The translations under genes were made by a program, and so were the position numbers. The notes beneath the pieces are model-generated. The model searched no databases and was not told where the DNA came from. It saw only the letters and a list, made by a program, of their open reading frames with translations. Below, one piece after another: positions 49,290-58,163 of a DNA stretch of 64,000 bases. This DNA comes from an uncultured virus (IMG/VR IMGVR_UViG_3300043446_002035) (taxonomy: Duplodnaviria > Heunggongvirae > Uroviricota > Caudoviricetes): IMG/VR virus record IMGVR_UViG_3300043446_002035. The stretch is one strand, 5' to 3'. Each line of letters begins with the position of its first letter. Within the stretch, counting starts at the first letter, position 1.

Positions 49290-50617
49290 TTGATGAAAAG
49301 ACATATGTAGAACAACAATGGCAAGAATGGCAAGATAAAAATCCTGCCAGTTCTTTTTCCGATATTGATGTTGACTACCTGCGTGAGAAAGTAATCCGTG
49401 AATTGACCTATGTCTCACGAATGGACGTTAAAGAATACACACTGTATCAAAAGTGGTGCGAAGTTCAGGACAAATATCCTTCTAGAGAAGTCTCAACATT
49501 ATTTGGTGTTGAAAAACAACTAATTGATTTGTCACAAGCAACATCTATTGAAGATGTCAAGGCTAACATTTGGGTGCCAGAATCCGCTGAAGACTATCTG
49601 AAACTCAAGCCTGTGCTTGAATATACGGATGACTCTGGTGAAATTACAAAAACAGGTATTGACGGCTCTTCTGTCACAATTGAAAAGAAGAGAAACAAAA
49701 AATTGCCAGAAACCTGGAATACAATTCGCACATTCATCTCTACGATGAAGAACAATTCAAACATTGGTCGTAATCTTAACTTCATTGTCAAAGATGATGT
49801 GACAGGCAAATATCTAGGTGTTATTTGTATCTCATCAGATTTTCTTGATTTAACACCACGTGACAATTTTATTGGCTGGTCACGTGAACGCAAGACACAA
49901 GGTGCGATGATTAATCATACAGCCATCGGTTCAACTATTGTGCCGTTTCAACCACTTGGCTTTAATTATGTTGGCGGCAAACTGCTGGCATTGTTGTGTT
50001 TATCAGACGAAGTGCAAAATATTTGGAAAAGAGTTTACGGTGATGTGCTTGTAGGTGTAACAACAACATCTTTATATGGCAAGACAAAAGCAGGCGGCTT
50101 ATCACAATATGATAATCTTGATCATTGGCAGCCAATGGGTTTCACCTCTGGTTCCGTTTCTTTTGAACCAGAAAAAGATACACGATATGAGATTCGTGAA
50201 TGGCTCAAGAAGAATCACACACGCAAATATTTTGAGTGGTATGAAGCAGTGAAGCCAAGCGGTCAACCACACAAACGTGATCACAAGAATCGTTCATTGA
50301 ACTTCACATACTCTCAACTAAACATACCTAAAGAGTTGATTCGTTCTGAACATGCACGTGGCATTTATTTCAGTCCATTGTATACAAACACAAACGATTT
50401 TCTTTGTGACCGTATCAAAGAAAGTGAATTAATCAAAGCATTTCCTACCGACTATGATTCATTAGTCGGCATCTGGAGAGACAAACATGCCAAAGGTCGC
50501 ATCAAACAACTGATGAAGAAAAATAATGTATCATATGAAACATTATTTTATGATGACCTTATTGAGTTGACCTGGGAAGAGACAAAGGCTAAGTATCTAC
50601 AGCAAGTTGGTCGTTAG
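49286..50617 (+). CDS. DUF4338/DruA-like protein
   Basis: GRNLNFIVKD...LGVI.ISS...L..RD..IGW, GGKLLALL..S.EV, TTTSLYG...SQY; recalled as the DUF4338 pattern. Confidence 0.6.
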   Translation: MIDEKTYVEQQWQEWQDKNPASSFSDIDVDYLREKVIRELTYVSRMDVKEYTLYQKWCEVQDKYPSREVSTLFGVEKQLIDLSQATSIEDVKANIWVPESAEDYLKLKPVLEYTDDSGEITKTGIDGSSVTIEKKRNKKLPETWNTIRTFISTMKNNSNIGRNLNFIVKDDVTGKYLGVICISSDFLDLTPRDNFIGWSRERKTQGAMINHTAIGSTIVPFQPLGFNYVGGKLLALLCLSDEVQNIWKRVYGDVLVGVTTTSLYGKTKAGGLSQYDNLDHWQPMGFTSGSVSFEPEKDTRYEIREWLKKNHTRKYFEWYEAVKPSGQPHKRDHKNRSLNFTYSQLNIPKELIRSEHARGIYFSPLYTNTNDFLCDRIKESELIKAFPTDYDSLVGIWRDKHAKGRIKQLMKKNNVSYETLFYDDLIELTWEETKAKYLQQVGR

Positions 50618-50629
50618 CAAAAAAACAAC

Positions 50630-50658
50630 TTGACAATCTCCACCACACCAGTTATAAT
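50630..50658 (+). promoter_or_regulatory. Consensus sigma70 early promoter P1
   Basis: TTGACA 50630-50635, 17-nt spacer, TATAAT 50653-50658; A-rich upstream. Confidence 0.9.
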
Positions 50659-50687
50659 GGTGTGTACAGTTTGATATGGAGGTATTG

Positions 50688-50780
50688 ATGTCTTTTTTGC
50701 AACACTTTTCTGATGTGCTTGACAAACCCCACCAAACCATATATAATGGTTACTCAATGATAGTTGAGGTTATCAAATGA
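50688..50780 (+). CDS. Putative 30-aa mini-ORF (MSFLQHFSDVLDKPHQTIYNGYSMIVEVIK)
   Basis: GGAGG at 50678-50682, ATG 50688, TGA overlapping the next ATG (ATGA); may be non-functional. Confidence 0.35.
   Translation: MSFLQHFSDVLDKPHQTIYNGYSMIVEVIK
50719..50747 (+). promoter_or_regulatory. Consensus sigma70 early promoter P2
   Basis: TTGACA 50719-50724, 17-nt spacer, TATAAT 50742-50747. Confidence 0.9.
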
Positions 50781-53074
50781 GTAACATTCAAAATCAAAAG
50801 TCTGGTCTGGCCAAACTCATGGCCACCGAAAATCTAGTAGTTCAACATGCCAAAGTTTCAACGGCAATGTTCAATCCCAAAACACGTGTTCTAACTTGTC
50901 CTATTTGGGAACAAATGTCTGGCGATCTTTATGACTTGTTAATGGGTCATGAAGTTGGTCATGCCATTGATACACCTGCTGATGGTTGGCATGGTGCTGT
51001 ACACAATCGTGGTGTAAACTACAAAGGCTTTTTGAATGTAGTTGAAGATGCACGTATTGAGAAACGACAGAAACGCCGTTATCCTGGTTTACGCCGTTCG
51101 TTTGTCAACGGCTTCAATGAACTGATGGAAAAAGATTTCTTCGGCTTGAAAGGTCGCAGTGTCAATTCGTTACCGTTCATTGATCGTTTGAATATCTACA
51201 CAAAGTCTAGTTACTCTTTGCCTGATGTTCGTTTCAATGCAAAAGAGCAAGAGTTTGTTGACCGCACTCAAGAATGTGAAACTTGGGATGATGTTCTCAA
51301 ACTCACCAATGAGATTTGGGATTACTCAAAAGAAGAACAATCACAGACTAACACACCTCAAGACAACTTCGGTTTTGGTGATGAAGGTGATGACGATTAT
51401 CAAACTAAGCCAGGCTCAAATGAAGGTGATGCTGAGACTGATGGTCAAGGTGAAGAAAAATCTAAGTCTAAAGCCAAAGGTGAAGATGGTGATCAAGAAA
51501 CAGAATCATCATCAAATGGTGATGAACAGTCTGATGAAGATGGTGATGTTGACGGTGAAGACAAAAACGAATTAGTTCGTAACAAAGAATCACAAAGTGT
51601 GAATGAAGACCAATCATCTTCTGAGCCACGGTGTGAGACTGATGAAAACTTCCGTCAGAATGAAAACAAACTGATTGCCAAAAACGCACGTGAGTATCGT
51701 TACATTGATATTCCTAAGCCTAACTTGGCAAGAATTGTTACACCAGCAAAACGTGTTCAAGAGGTTCTAACTAAAGAATTTTCAGAGCAACGACCAGAAT
51801 CATATGAAACGGTTGCTAACAGTCTGTACAATGATTTTCGTCGTAAGAATGAGCGATTCATTTCACTGTTAGCAAAAGAATTTGAAATGCGTAAGGCTGC
51901 TGATAAGTTTTCAAAAGCCAAAGTATCGTCAACTGGTGACATTGATATTAGCCGCATTTTCAAATATCAGATTGATGACAACATTTTCAAAAAAGTAATG
52001 CGTGTACCAAAAGGTAAATCGCATGGTCTTGTTTTGTTGCTTGATAAGTCTGGTTCAATGTCTGATAATTTATCGGCATCATATGAACAGATTTTGATTT
52101 TGGCTATGTTTTGTCGCAAAGTAAACATACCATTCACTGCTTATGGTTTTGGTAATGCTGATCATGTTCGTTACAGCATTGACTATCCCGGTGAAGAAAC
52201 TGATTACACAAGCAAAACATCGGAATGCTTTTCAGAAAACAACAATGAAATGTGGTTGTCATCGGTGTATCTGCGTGAGATGATTAACTCCAAAATGAGC
52301 AACTCAGAATTTTCTAAAGCAGTCAAGAATATTCTGTGCCTCATGGATGCTTGGCATGCCGGCCGTTATGCTGGTGGTAGAAACTTTTATCGTCCACCTT
52401 CAGATTCATTGTCAAATACACCAATGACTGAGGCATTGATTGCTTGTCAACCAATCATCAATGAGTTTCGCACTGTCAACAATCTTGATATTGTGAATCT
52501 GTGTGTAGTACATGATGGTGATGCTGACGATATCAATTCGTTTCATGTGACCAATAATGTTGGCACTGGCTCACGCAACTTTTTCAACTCTGATTATCAA
52601 AACGTTTTTCTGTGTGATAAGAAAAACAAGATTCAACAAGAGATGACTTACGGTGAAGACAGTGTGCGTATTGCTATTTCTAAATGGTTGACTAAAACAA
52701 CTGGTGCTAAAGTCATCGGTTTCTATTTGGCACCTAATCATGCATTGAAGGGTGCTGTACGCCGCCGTTTACACAATGCTGAACTTGATGAATTGCGTAA
52801 AAATGAACGGCAAAATTTCTTACAAATAAGAGATGCTTATATGAAATACATCAAAATTGTTCGTAAGGAAAAATTTCTTGAATCAAAGAACCCTGGATAT
52901 GAATCATTCTTTATTCTACCTGGTGGTTCTGATTTGAGTGTTGATGATGAGGACTTTGAAGCACCAGAAAAAGTTACTACATCAACCTTGACCAAGGCGT
53001 TCAGTAAGTATACCAAGAATCGTCAAGTCAATCGTGTTCTGGTATCAAGGTTCATTGGTATGATAGCAGTTTGA
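50777..53074 (+). CDS. CobT-like protein: N-terminal HExxH domain, acidic linker, C-terminal vWA domain
   Basis: HEVGH, NVVEDARIE, D/E/G-rich linker, MIDAS DKSGS...TP...DG. Confidence 0.8.
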   Translation: MSNIQNQKSGLAKLMATENLVVQHAKVSTAMFNPKTRVLTCPIWEQMSGDLYDLLMGHEVGHAIDTPADGWHGAVHNRGVNYKGFLNVVEDARIEKRQKRRYPGLRRSFVNGFNELMEKDFFGLKGRSVNSLPFIDRLNIYTKSSYSLPDVRFNAKEQEFVDRTQECETWDDVLKLTNEIWDYSKEEQSQTNTPQDNFGFGDEGDDDYQTKPGSNEGDAETDGQGEEKSKSKAKGEDGDQETESSSNGDEQSDEDGDVDGEDKNELVRNKESQSVNEDQSSSEPRCETDENFRQNENKLIAKNAREYRYIDIPKPNLARIVTPAKRVQEVLTKEFSEQRPESYETVANSLYNDFRRKNERFISLLAKEFEMRKAADKFSKAKVSSTGDIDISRIFKYQIDDNIFKKVMRVPKGKSHGLVLLLDKSGSMSDNLSASYEQILILAMFCRKVNIPFTAYGFGNADHVRYSIDYPGEETDYTSKTSECFSENNNEMWLSSVYLREMINSKMSNSEFSKAVKNILCLMDAWHAGRYAGGRNFYRPPSDSLSNTPMTEALIACQPIINEFRTVNNLDIVNLCVVHDGDADDINSFHVTNNVGTGSRNFFNSDYQNVFLCDKKNKIQQEMTYGEDSVRIAISKWLTKTTGAKVIGFYLAPNHALKGAVRRRLHNAELDELRKNERQNFLQIRDAYMKYIKIVRKEKFLESKNPGYESFFILPGGSDLSVDDEDFEAPEKVTTSTLTKAFSKYTKNRQVNRVLVSRFIGMIAV

Positions 53075-53082
53075 TAACATTT

Positions 53083-53117
53083 CACCACTTGACAAAGTGG
53101 TGGAATTTCTTTATAAT
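53083..53117 (+). promoter_or_regulatory. Consensus sigma70 promoter P3 with -35 embedded in a hairpin
   Basis: TTGACA 53089-53094, 17 nt, TATAAT 53112-53117; inverted repeat caccactt/aagtggtg. Confidence 0.88.
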
Positions 53118-53149
53118 GGTAGTTCCTAGTGTGATGGAGAGTTTATATT

Positions 53150-54331
53150 ATGACAAGTCGTGCTGACAAACGCAAGGCATTTCTTGATGCACTTATTGCA
53201 ACTGGCAAATCTGAAGTATCGTTGTCAGAAGTGAAAGATGTCGCTGAGAATGCTGGTCTTGCTATCCCTTACTGGTTCACCAATGATGAGGCTAATAAGG
53301 TCAAACGTGGTGTATATCGTGTTCCTAACGCCTCTGGTGCTGCTCCTGCTATCAGTCTGGCTGCTCAGGTAATACCTTTGGCTAAGGTTGAGAATACATC
53401 AGGTAATCGCATTGCTAATGTGACAACTGATCTTGAAATTGAGAATCTGATTCCTTCTCAATATGACAACTATGTTCCTTTTGGCAACTTTGAAGATGTG
53501 TTGTCAATTGTGAAATCAAAACAGTTCTTTCCTGTGTTCATTACTGGTCAGTCTGGTAACGGTAAGACCATGAGTATTGAACAGGCTTGTGCCAAAGCAA
53601 AACGTAAATTTATTTGCGTATCAATGACACCTGATTCTGATGAAGGTGACTTGCTTGGTAACTATGTACTTATCAACGGTCAGATGGAATGGCGTGATGG
53701 TCCTGTGACCGTTGCTGCCCGTCAAGGTGCTGTACTCTGTATTGATGAGATTGACTACGGTGCACAAAACTTGTCGTGCTTACAACGGGTGCTTGAGGGT
53801 AAGCCATTCTTGCTAAAGAAAAAGAATGAGTTGGTTGTACCTGCGCCAGGCTTTACCGTGTTCGCCACTGCTAACACAAAAGGTAAAGGCTCTGAAGATG
53901 GTCGTTATATGTTTACCAATGTGTTGAATGAGGCGTTTCTTGAGCGTTTTCCTAACACAATGGAACAAGAGTTTCCACCTGCACGTATTGAAGAAAAAAT
54001 TGTCAACAAAGAACTTGATTCTGTTGGTCGCTCTGATGAGACATTTGCCAAAAATCTTGTGACTTGGGCAAATACAATTCGTAATACGTTTGCTGATGGT
54101 GGTTGTGATGAAGTTATTTCTACCCGCCGCCTAGTACACATTGTCAAAACTTTCGGTATCTACGGTGATAAGAAAAAGGCAATTGAGTATTGCTTGAATC
54201 GTTTTGATGCCGATACTAAGATTACCTTCCTTGATCTGTATACTAAGATTGATGCTGGTATTGACCCTAATGCTGCACCAGTTGTGGTTGATGAAGTACC
54301 GGTGACTTCCTCTGAAGAACAACCATTCTAA
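53150..54331 (+). CDS. cobS: CobS-like MoxR AAA+ ATPase
   Basis: GQSGNGKT, LCIDEID, ATANTKG.G, NEAFLERF, ISTRRL. Confidence 0.88.
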   Translation: MTSRADKRKAFLDALIATGKSEVSLSEVKDVAENAGLAIPYWFTNDEANKVKRGVYRVPNASGAAPAISLAAQVIPLAKVENTSGNRIANVTTDLEIENLIPSQYDNYVPFGNFEDVLSIVKSKQFFPVFITGQSGNGKTMSIEQACAKAKRKFICVSMTPDSDEGDLLGNYVLINGQMEWRDGPVTVAARQGAVLCIDEIDYGAQNLSCLQRVLEGKPFLLKKKNELVVPAPGFTVFATANTKGKGSEDGRYMFTNVLNEAFLERFPNTMEQEFPPARIEEKIVNKELDSVGRSDETFAKNLVTWANTIRNTFADGGCDEVISTRRLVHIVKTFGIYGDKKKAIEYCLNRFDADTKITFLDLYTKIDAGIDPNAAPVVVDEVPVTSSEEQPF

Positions 54332-54352
54332 GGTTGTAATTCACTTTTGCCT

Positions 54353-54383
54353 GAGAGAGTGTTGACACACTCTCTCTTTTTTT
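54353..54383 (+). terminator. Intrinsic terminator overlapping promoter P4
   Basis: gagagagtgt-tgac-acactctctc followed by T7. Confidence 0.85.
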
Positions 54384-54390
54384 ATATAAT
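54362..54390 (+). promoter_or_regulatory. Consensus sigma70 promoter P4
   Basis: TTGACA 54362-54367, 17 nt, TATAAT 54385-54390. Confidence 0.88.
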
Positions 54391-54399
54391 AGTAAGTAT

Positions 54400-54441
54400 G
54401 TAGAGAAAAGTCGCCTCTACTTTTTATTTTTTCGTGCGACT
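54400..54441 (+). promoter_or_regulatory. Predicted H-type RNA pseudoknot in 5' leader
   Basis: S1 gtagag(54400-05)/ctctac(54415-20); S2 agtcgc(54409-14)/gcgact(54436-41). Confidence 0.6.
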
Positions 54442-54462
54442 AATTTTTATGGAGTAAATTGA

Positions 54463-54726
54463 ATGTCTGCTAAAGAGAAAATCCTCAAGTTCCTTTCTAA
54501 GGATGGTCCTTACAATACTTTGACCGCTGCTCAGGCACGTGCCCGTTTTGGTATTGTAAATGTTGGTGCCCGCATTGAAGAACTACGTGCGGAAGGTTAC
54601 TGCATTTATACCAACAAGAAAACTCTTGCTGATGGTCGTCGCATCACATACTACAAACTTGGTAAACCTACCAAGAAAATGATCGCTGCTGCACATGCAG
54701 TTCTTGGTGGTCAGGCGTTTGCCTAA
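54463..54726 (+). CDS. Small winged helix-turn-helix protein
   Basis: LTAAQARARFGIVNVGARIEELRAEGY.I.T......G....YKL. Confidence 0.75.
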   Translation: MSAKEKILKFLSKDGPYNTLTAAQARARFGIVNVGARIEELRAEGYCIYTNKKTLADGRRITYYKLGKPTKKMIAAAHAVLGGQAFA

Positions 54727-54745
54727 ATTAGGCTAAAAACTGGTG

Positions 54746-54784
54746 GAGTGAGAGCATATATATTATGTGTTCTCACTCTTTTTT
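54746..54784 (+). terminator. Intrinsic terminator after the HTH gene
   Basis: 15-bp stem with two G-U pairs (gagtgagagcatata/tatgtgttctcactc) then T6. Confidence 0.75.
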
Positions 54785-54795
54785 ATGGATAGATT

Positions 54796-55611
54796 ATGCA
54801 AATACAAGTCGATATTGAACAACTAAGAAAAAATAAACTGTTCATTGCCACACCCATGTATGGTGGAATGAATCACGGTCTGTACATGAAATCATGTCTT
54901 GACCTTCAAACCGTTATGATTCGTTACGGTATTGAAACAAAGTTTTCCTTCCTCTTCAACGAATCTCTCATCACAAGAGCAAGAAATTATCTAGTAGATG
55001 AGTTTCTACGCACAGATTTTACACACATGATGTTTATCGATTCGGATATTCATTTTGATCCGAACGATGTTGTTGCCTTACTTGCACTTGATAAAGATGT
55101 AATTGGTGGTCCATATCCAAAGAAGTCAATCAATTGGAGTAATATTGCTGAGACTGCTCGTCGTCATCCAGATTTAAACCCAAGAGAACTTGAGAATCTT
55201 GTTGGTGAATATGTATTCAATGTGGTGAAAGGCACACAACAATTTCAAGTATCTGACCCACTTGAAGTGATGGAGATTGGCACAGGTCACATGATGATTA
55301 AACGTGGTGTGTTCGATAAAATGAAGGATGCTTATCCTCAAATCAAATACAAACCCGACCATGTTGGTCAAGCACACTTTGATGGTTCACGTTACATTCA
55401 TGCATACTTTGATACGGTGATTGACACAGCCGATTCTTGTGTTGGTGGAGGCTCTGAACGTTATCTATCAGAAGATTACATGTTCTGTCAGATGTGGCGC
55501 AAGATTGGTGGACAAGTTTGGTTATGTCCTTGGATGAAGACACAGCATATTGGTACATACGCATTTACTGGCAACATGCCCGCCGTTGCTCAGTATACTG
55601 GTAGACTGTGA
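54796..55611 (+). CDS. GT-A-fold glycosyltransferase-like protein
   Basis: IATPMYGG, ESLITRARN, FIDSD (DxD), GTG.M.I.R, YLSEDY.FC. Confidence 0.6.
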   Translation: MQIQVDIEQLRKNKLFIATPMYGGMNHGLYMKSCLDLQTVMIRYGIETKFSFLFNESLITRARNYLVDEFLRTDFTHMMFIDSDIHFDPNDVVALLALDKDVIGGPYPKKSINWSNIAETARRHPDLNPRELENLVGEYVFNVVKGTQQFQVSDPLEVMEIGTGHMMIKRGVFDKMKDAYPQIKYKPDHVGQAHFDGSRYIHAYFDTVIDTADSCVGGGSERYLSEDYMFCQMWRKIGGQVWLCPWMKTQHIGTYAFTGNMPAVAQYTGRL

Positions 55612-55877
55612 TAGATTACAAGTACAGTGAAGACCGTATTCTTAAAGACATAAAAGAATACGTTGATAAGACATACGGTCAACACTACTCACTAAACAAA
55701 TTCCAAACTTCAGAATTCATCATTGATTGTGGGCATGGTGAAGGATTCTTTATTGGTAACATCATCAAATACGCACAACGATACGGCAAAAAGAACGGCT
55801 ACAATCGTGATGACTTGATGAAAGTTGTACATTATGCTATAATGGCCTTACACAACCATGATTTGACGAGGAAATAA
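55608..55877 (+). CDS. DUF3310/SaV-like protein
   Basis: HY...Q....I......GF..GNIIKY..RYGKKNG...DL.K..HY. Confidence 0.7.
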   Translation: MIDYKYSEDRILKDIKEYVDKTYGQHYSLNKFQTSEFIIDCGHGEGFFIGNIIKYAQRYGKKNGYNRDDLMKVVHYAIMALHNHDLTRK

Positions 55878-55880
55878 ATT

Positions 55881-56561
55881 ATGAAACTTTCAAATGAAAC
55901 TTTGTCTGTGTTGAAAAACTTTGCTAGTATCAATCAAGGCATTGTTTTCAAACCAGGTAAAACAATTCGTACCATCTCTACACACAAGAATATTCTTGCC
56001 GAGGCTGTTGTCTCTGAAGAGATTCCAAAAGAGTTTGGTGTATATGATCTAAACAACTTTTTGTCCGTTCTTTCTCTTCACAAAGAAGAGCCGGTCATTG
56101 ACTTTGATGAGGCAAATGTACTCATCTCTGGTTTGCAAGGTCGTAGCAAAATCAAATATCGTTTTTGTGCCACTAGCATGATTGTTGCAGCACCAGACAA
56201 AAATCTGGAACTGGACAATCCAGAAATCAAGTTTGATTTGAGTGCTGAAGACTTTGATTGGATTCTACGTGCAGCCAATGTTCTGTCTTCACCACACATT
56301 GCCGTTGAATCTGATGGAAGTAAAATCTCTGTGACTGCATTTGATTCACAGAATGATGCAGCACACACCGAGTCTTTGGAAGTTTCAAAGAGTAATGGTA
56401 ACAAATACAAAATGCTCTTCAAAACCGAAAACTTGAAGATGCTTTCTGGTGCTTATGCAGTTACAATATCTTCAAAAGGTATTGCACATTTCAAACACAA
56501 ATCAATGAACATTCAGTATTGGATTGCAACTGAAGCTGGTTCAAAATATGAGAAAGGTTAA
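55881..56561 (+). CDS. gp45: Sliding clamp gp45
   Basis: MKLS.ETL..LKNF.SIN, FGVYDLN.FL, ENLKM..G.Y, YWIA.E. Confidence 0.95.
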   Translation: MKLSNETLSVLKNFASINQGIVFKPGKTIRTISTHKNILAEAVVSEEIPKEFGVYDLNNFLSVLSLHKEEPVIDFDEANVLISGLQGRSKIKYRFCATSMIVAAPDKNLELDNPEIKFDLSAEDFDWILRAANVLSSPHIAVESDGSKISVTAFDSQNDAAHTESLEVSKSNGNKYKMLFKTENLKMLSGAYAVTISSKGIAHFKHKSMNIQYWIATEAGSKYEKG

Positions 56562-56563
56562 TC

Positions 56564-56773
56564 ATGGGTAAGTTCGTTGTTTTTACGAATGCATCACCTG
56601 CTTTTGATGGTGAATCTATCGCCATTAATAAAGAGGCAATTGCATCCGTGTTTGAGCCAGTAAAAACTATTCCAGAACAGGAAGGCAAAACTGTTATCTA
56701 TGGTATCAACGGCATTGATTGGCATGTAAAAGAAAATTATCTGGAAGTTCTTGCAGCATTGAACGCTGACTGA
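56564..56773 (+). CDS. Small hypothetical protein (weak FlbD-like pattern)
   Basis: 69 aa; I.IN...I.SV.E...T.I...NG....VKE...EV. Confidence 0.5.
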   Translation: MGKFVVFTNASPAFDGESIAINKEAIASVFEPVKTIPEQEGKTVIYGINGIDWHVKENYLEVLAALNAD

Positions 56774-56779
56774 TATAAT
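56771..56779 (+). promoter_or_regulatory. Extended -10 promoter (TG-A-TATAAT) upstream of gp44
   Basis: Perfect TGnTATAAT at the start of the intergenic gap. Confidence 0.55.
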
Positions 56780-56812
56780 ATTACTACATTATGATTTTTG
56801 TGAAAGGTTACC

Positions 56813-57742
56813 ATGGAACATCTTCTGTGGACAGAAAAGTATCGGCCACGAACAGTGGAAGATTGTATTTTACCAGAACGCTTGAAGGCAACATTTCAAG
56901 AATACGTGAATCAGAAGGAGATACCAAATCTCCTTCTGGCTGGTGGAGCGGGCGTGGGCAAGACTACAATCGCCAAGGCCATGTGCAACGAAATCGGTTG
57001 CGACTACATGATAATCAATGGTTCTGATGAGAACGGTGTTGATACGATTCGTGTCAAAATTAAAAACTATGCATCATCTATTTCTCTATCTGGCGGCCGA
57101 AAGGTCGTCATTCTAGATGAAGCAGACTATCTAACACCAAACGCACAAGCAATTCTGCGTAACGCTATTGAAGAGTTTGCTGCAAACTGTTCTTTCATTT
57201 TCACTTGTAACTACAAAAACAAAATCATTGACCCACTACACAGTCGTTGTGCGGTGATTGAATTTGGTTTGAAGAATGGTGAAAAACAAAAGATGGCTTC
57301 TGCCTTCTTCAAACGCATCACACACATACTAGACACAGAGAAAGTTGAATTTGATGAAAAGGTAATCGCTGAAGTAGTCAAGAAACACTTTCCAGATTTT
57401 CGTCGTGTTATTAATGAACTTCAACGCTATTCCAAACTCGGCAAGATTGATGTAGGCATACTCTCTCAGATTGGTGATATTTCTCTAACACAGATTGTCA
57501 AACATCTGAAAGAAAAAGACTTTACATCCGTCCGTAAATGGGCAGCAACGTCGGAAATTGATAACACGACATTCTTTCGCAAACTCTATGATGCTTTGTA
57601 TGACATTGCAAAGCCTCAGAGTATACCACAGGCAGTGCTAATTCTTGCTGACTATCAGTATAAGCAGGCATTCGTTGCTGATCATGAAATCAATCTTGTT
57701 GCTTGTCTGACAGAAATTATGGCCAACGTGGAATTCAAATGA
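56813..57742 (+). CDS. gp44: Clamp loader large subunit gp44
   Basis: LWTEKYRP, GGAGVGKTT, ILDEAD, PLHSRC, FPDFRR. Confidence 0.96.
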   Translation: MEHLLWTEKYRPRTVEDCILPERLKATFQEYVNQKEIPNLLLAGGAGVGKTTIAKAMCNEIGCDYMIINGSDENGVDTIRVKIKNYASSISLSGGRKVVILDEADYLTPNAQAILRNAIEEFAANCSFIFTCNYKNKIIDPLHSRCAVIEFGLKNGEKQKMASAFFKRITHILDTEKVEFDEKVIAEVVKKHFPDFRRVINELQRYSKLGKIDVGILSQIGDISLTQIVKHLKEKDFTSVRKWAATSEIDNTTFFRKLYDALYDIAKPQSIPQAVLILADYQYKQAFVADHEINLVACLTEIMANVEFK

Positions 57743-57743
57743 T

Positions 57744-58163
57744 ATGGGTAATTTATCTCAGTTTTTAGGTGAACAGCCTCAATTGGTTGAAACTAAACCA
57801 TGTATATACTGCAAAGTTGAAAAACCTTTAATTGAATTTGCATCATTGTTAACAAATTATGATAAGCGTGATAATCGTTGCAAAGTTTGTGTTAGTAAAC
57901 AAATAAAAGTTAGAGCCAATTTAAAAAAATACGTTAGAGCAAGACCAAATGTTTGTGAGTGTTGTGGTAAATGCACACTTGAACAAACTAAAAATAGAAA
58001 ACCAATAGGACTCTTTTTGGATCATGATCACAAAACTGGTCAGTTTAGGGGTTGGATTTGTCACGACTGTAATTCTGCTTTAGCAAGAGCCGGAGATAAT
58101 CTGGATGGTGTTATGAAACTTGTGAAATATTTGGAAAAACATGAAACACGAACAACGAATTGA
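57744..58163 (+). CDS. Endonuclease VII-like His-Me (putative homing) endonuclease
   Basis: CIYC..EKP..EF...CKVC zinc domain; CECC...LDHDHKTGQFRGWICHDCN. Confidence 0.82.
   Translation: MGNLSQFLGEQPQLVETKPCIYCKVEKPLIEFASLLTNYDKRDNRCKVCVSKQIKVRANLKKYVRARPNVCECCGKCTLEQTKNRKPIGLFLDHDHKTGQFRGWICHDCNSALARAGDNLDGVMKLVKYLEKHETRTTN

Noticed and set aside
50777..54331. CobS/CobT as cobaltochelatase supplying the B12 enzyme
   Set aside because: No CobN or other cobalamin genes are present; generic MoxR/vWA features explain the similarity
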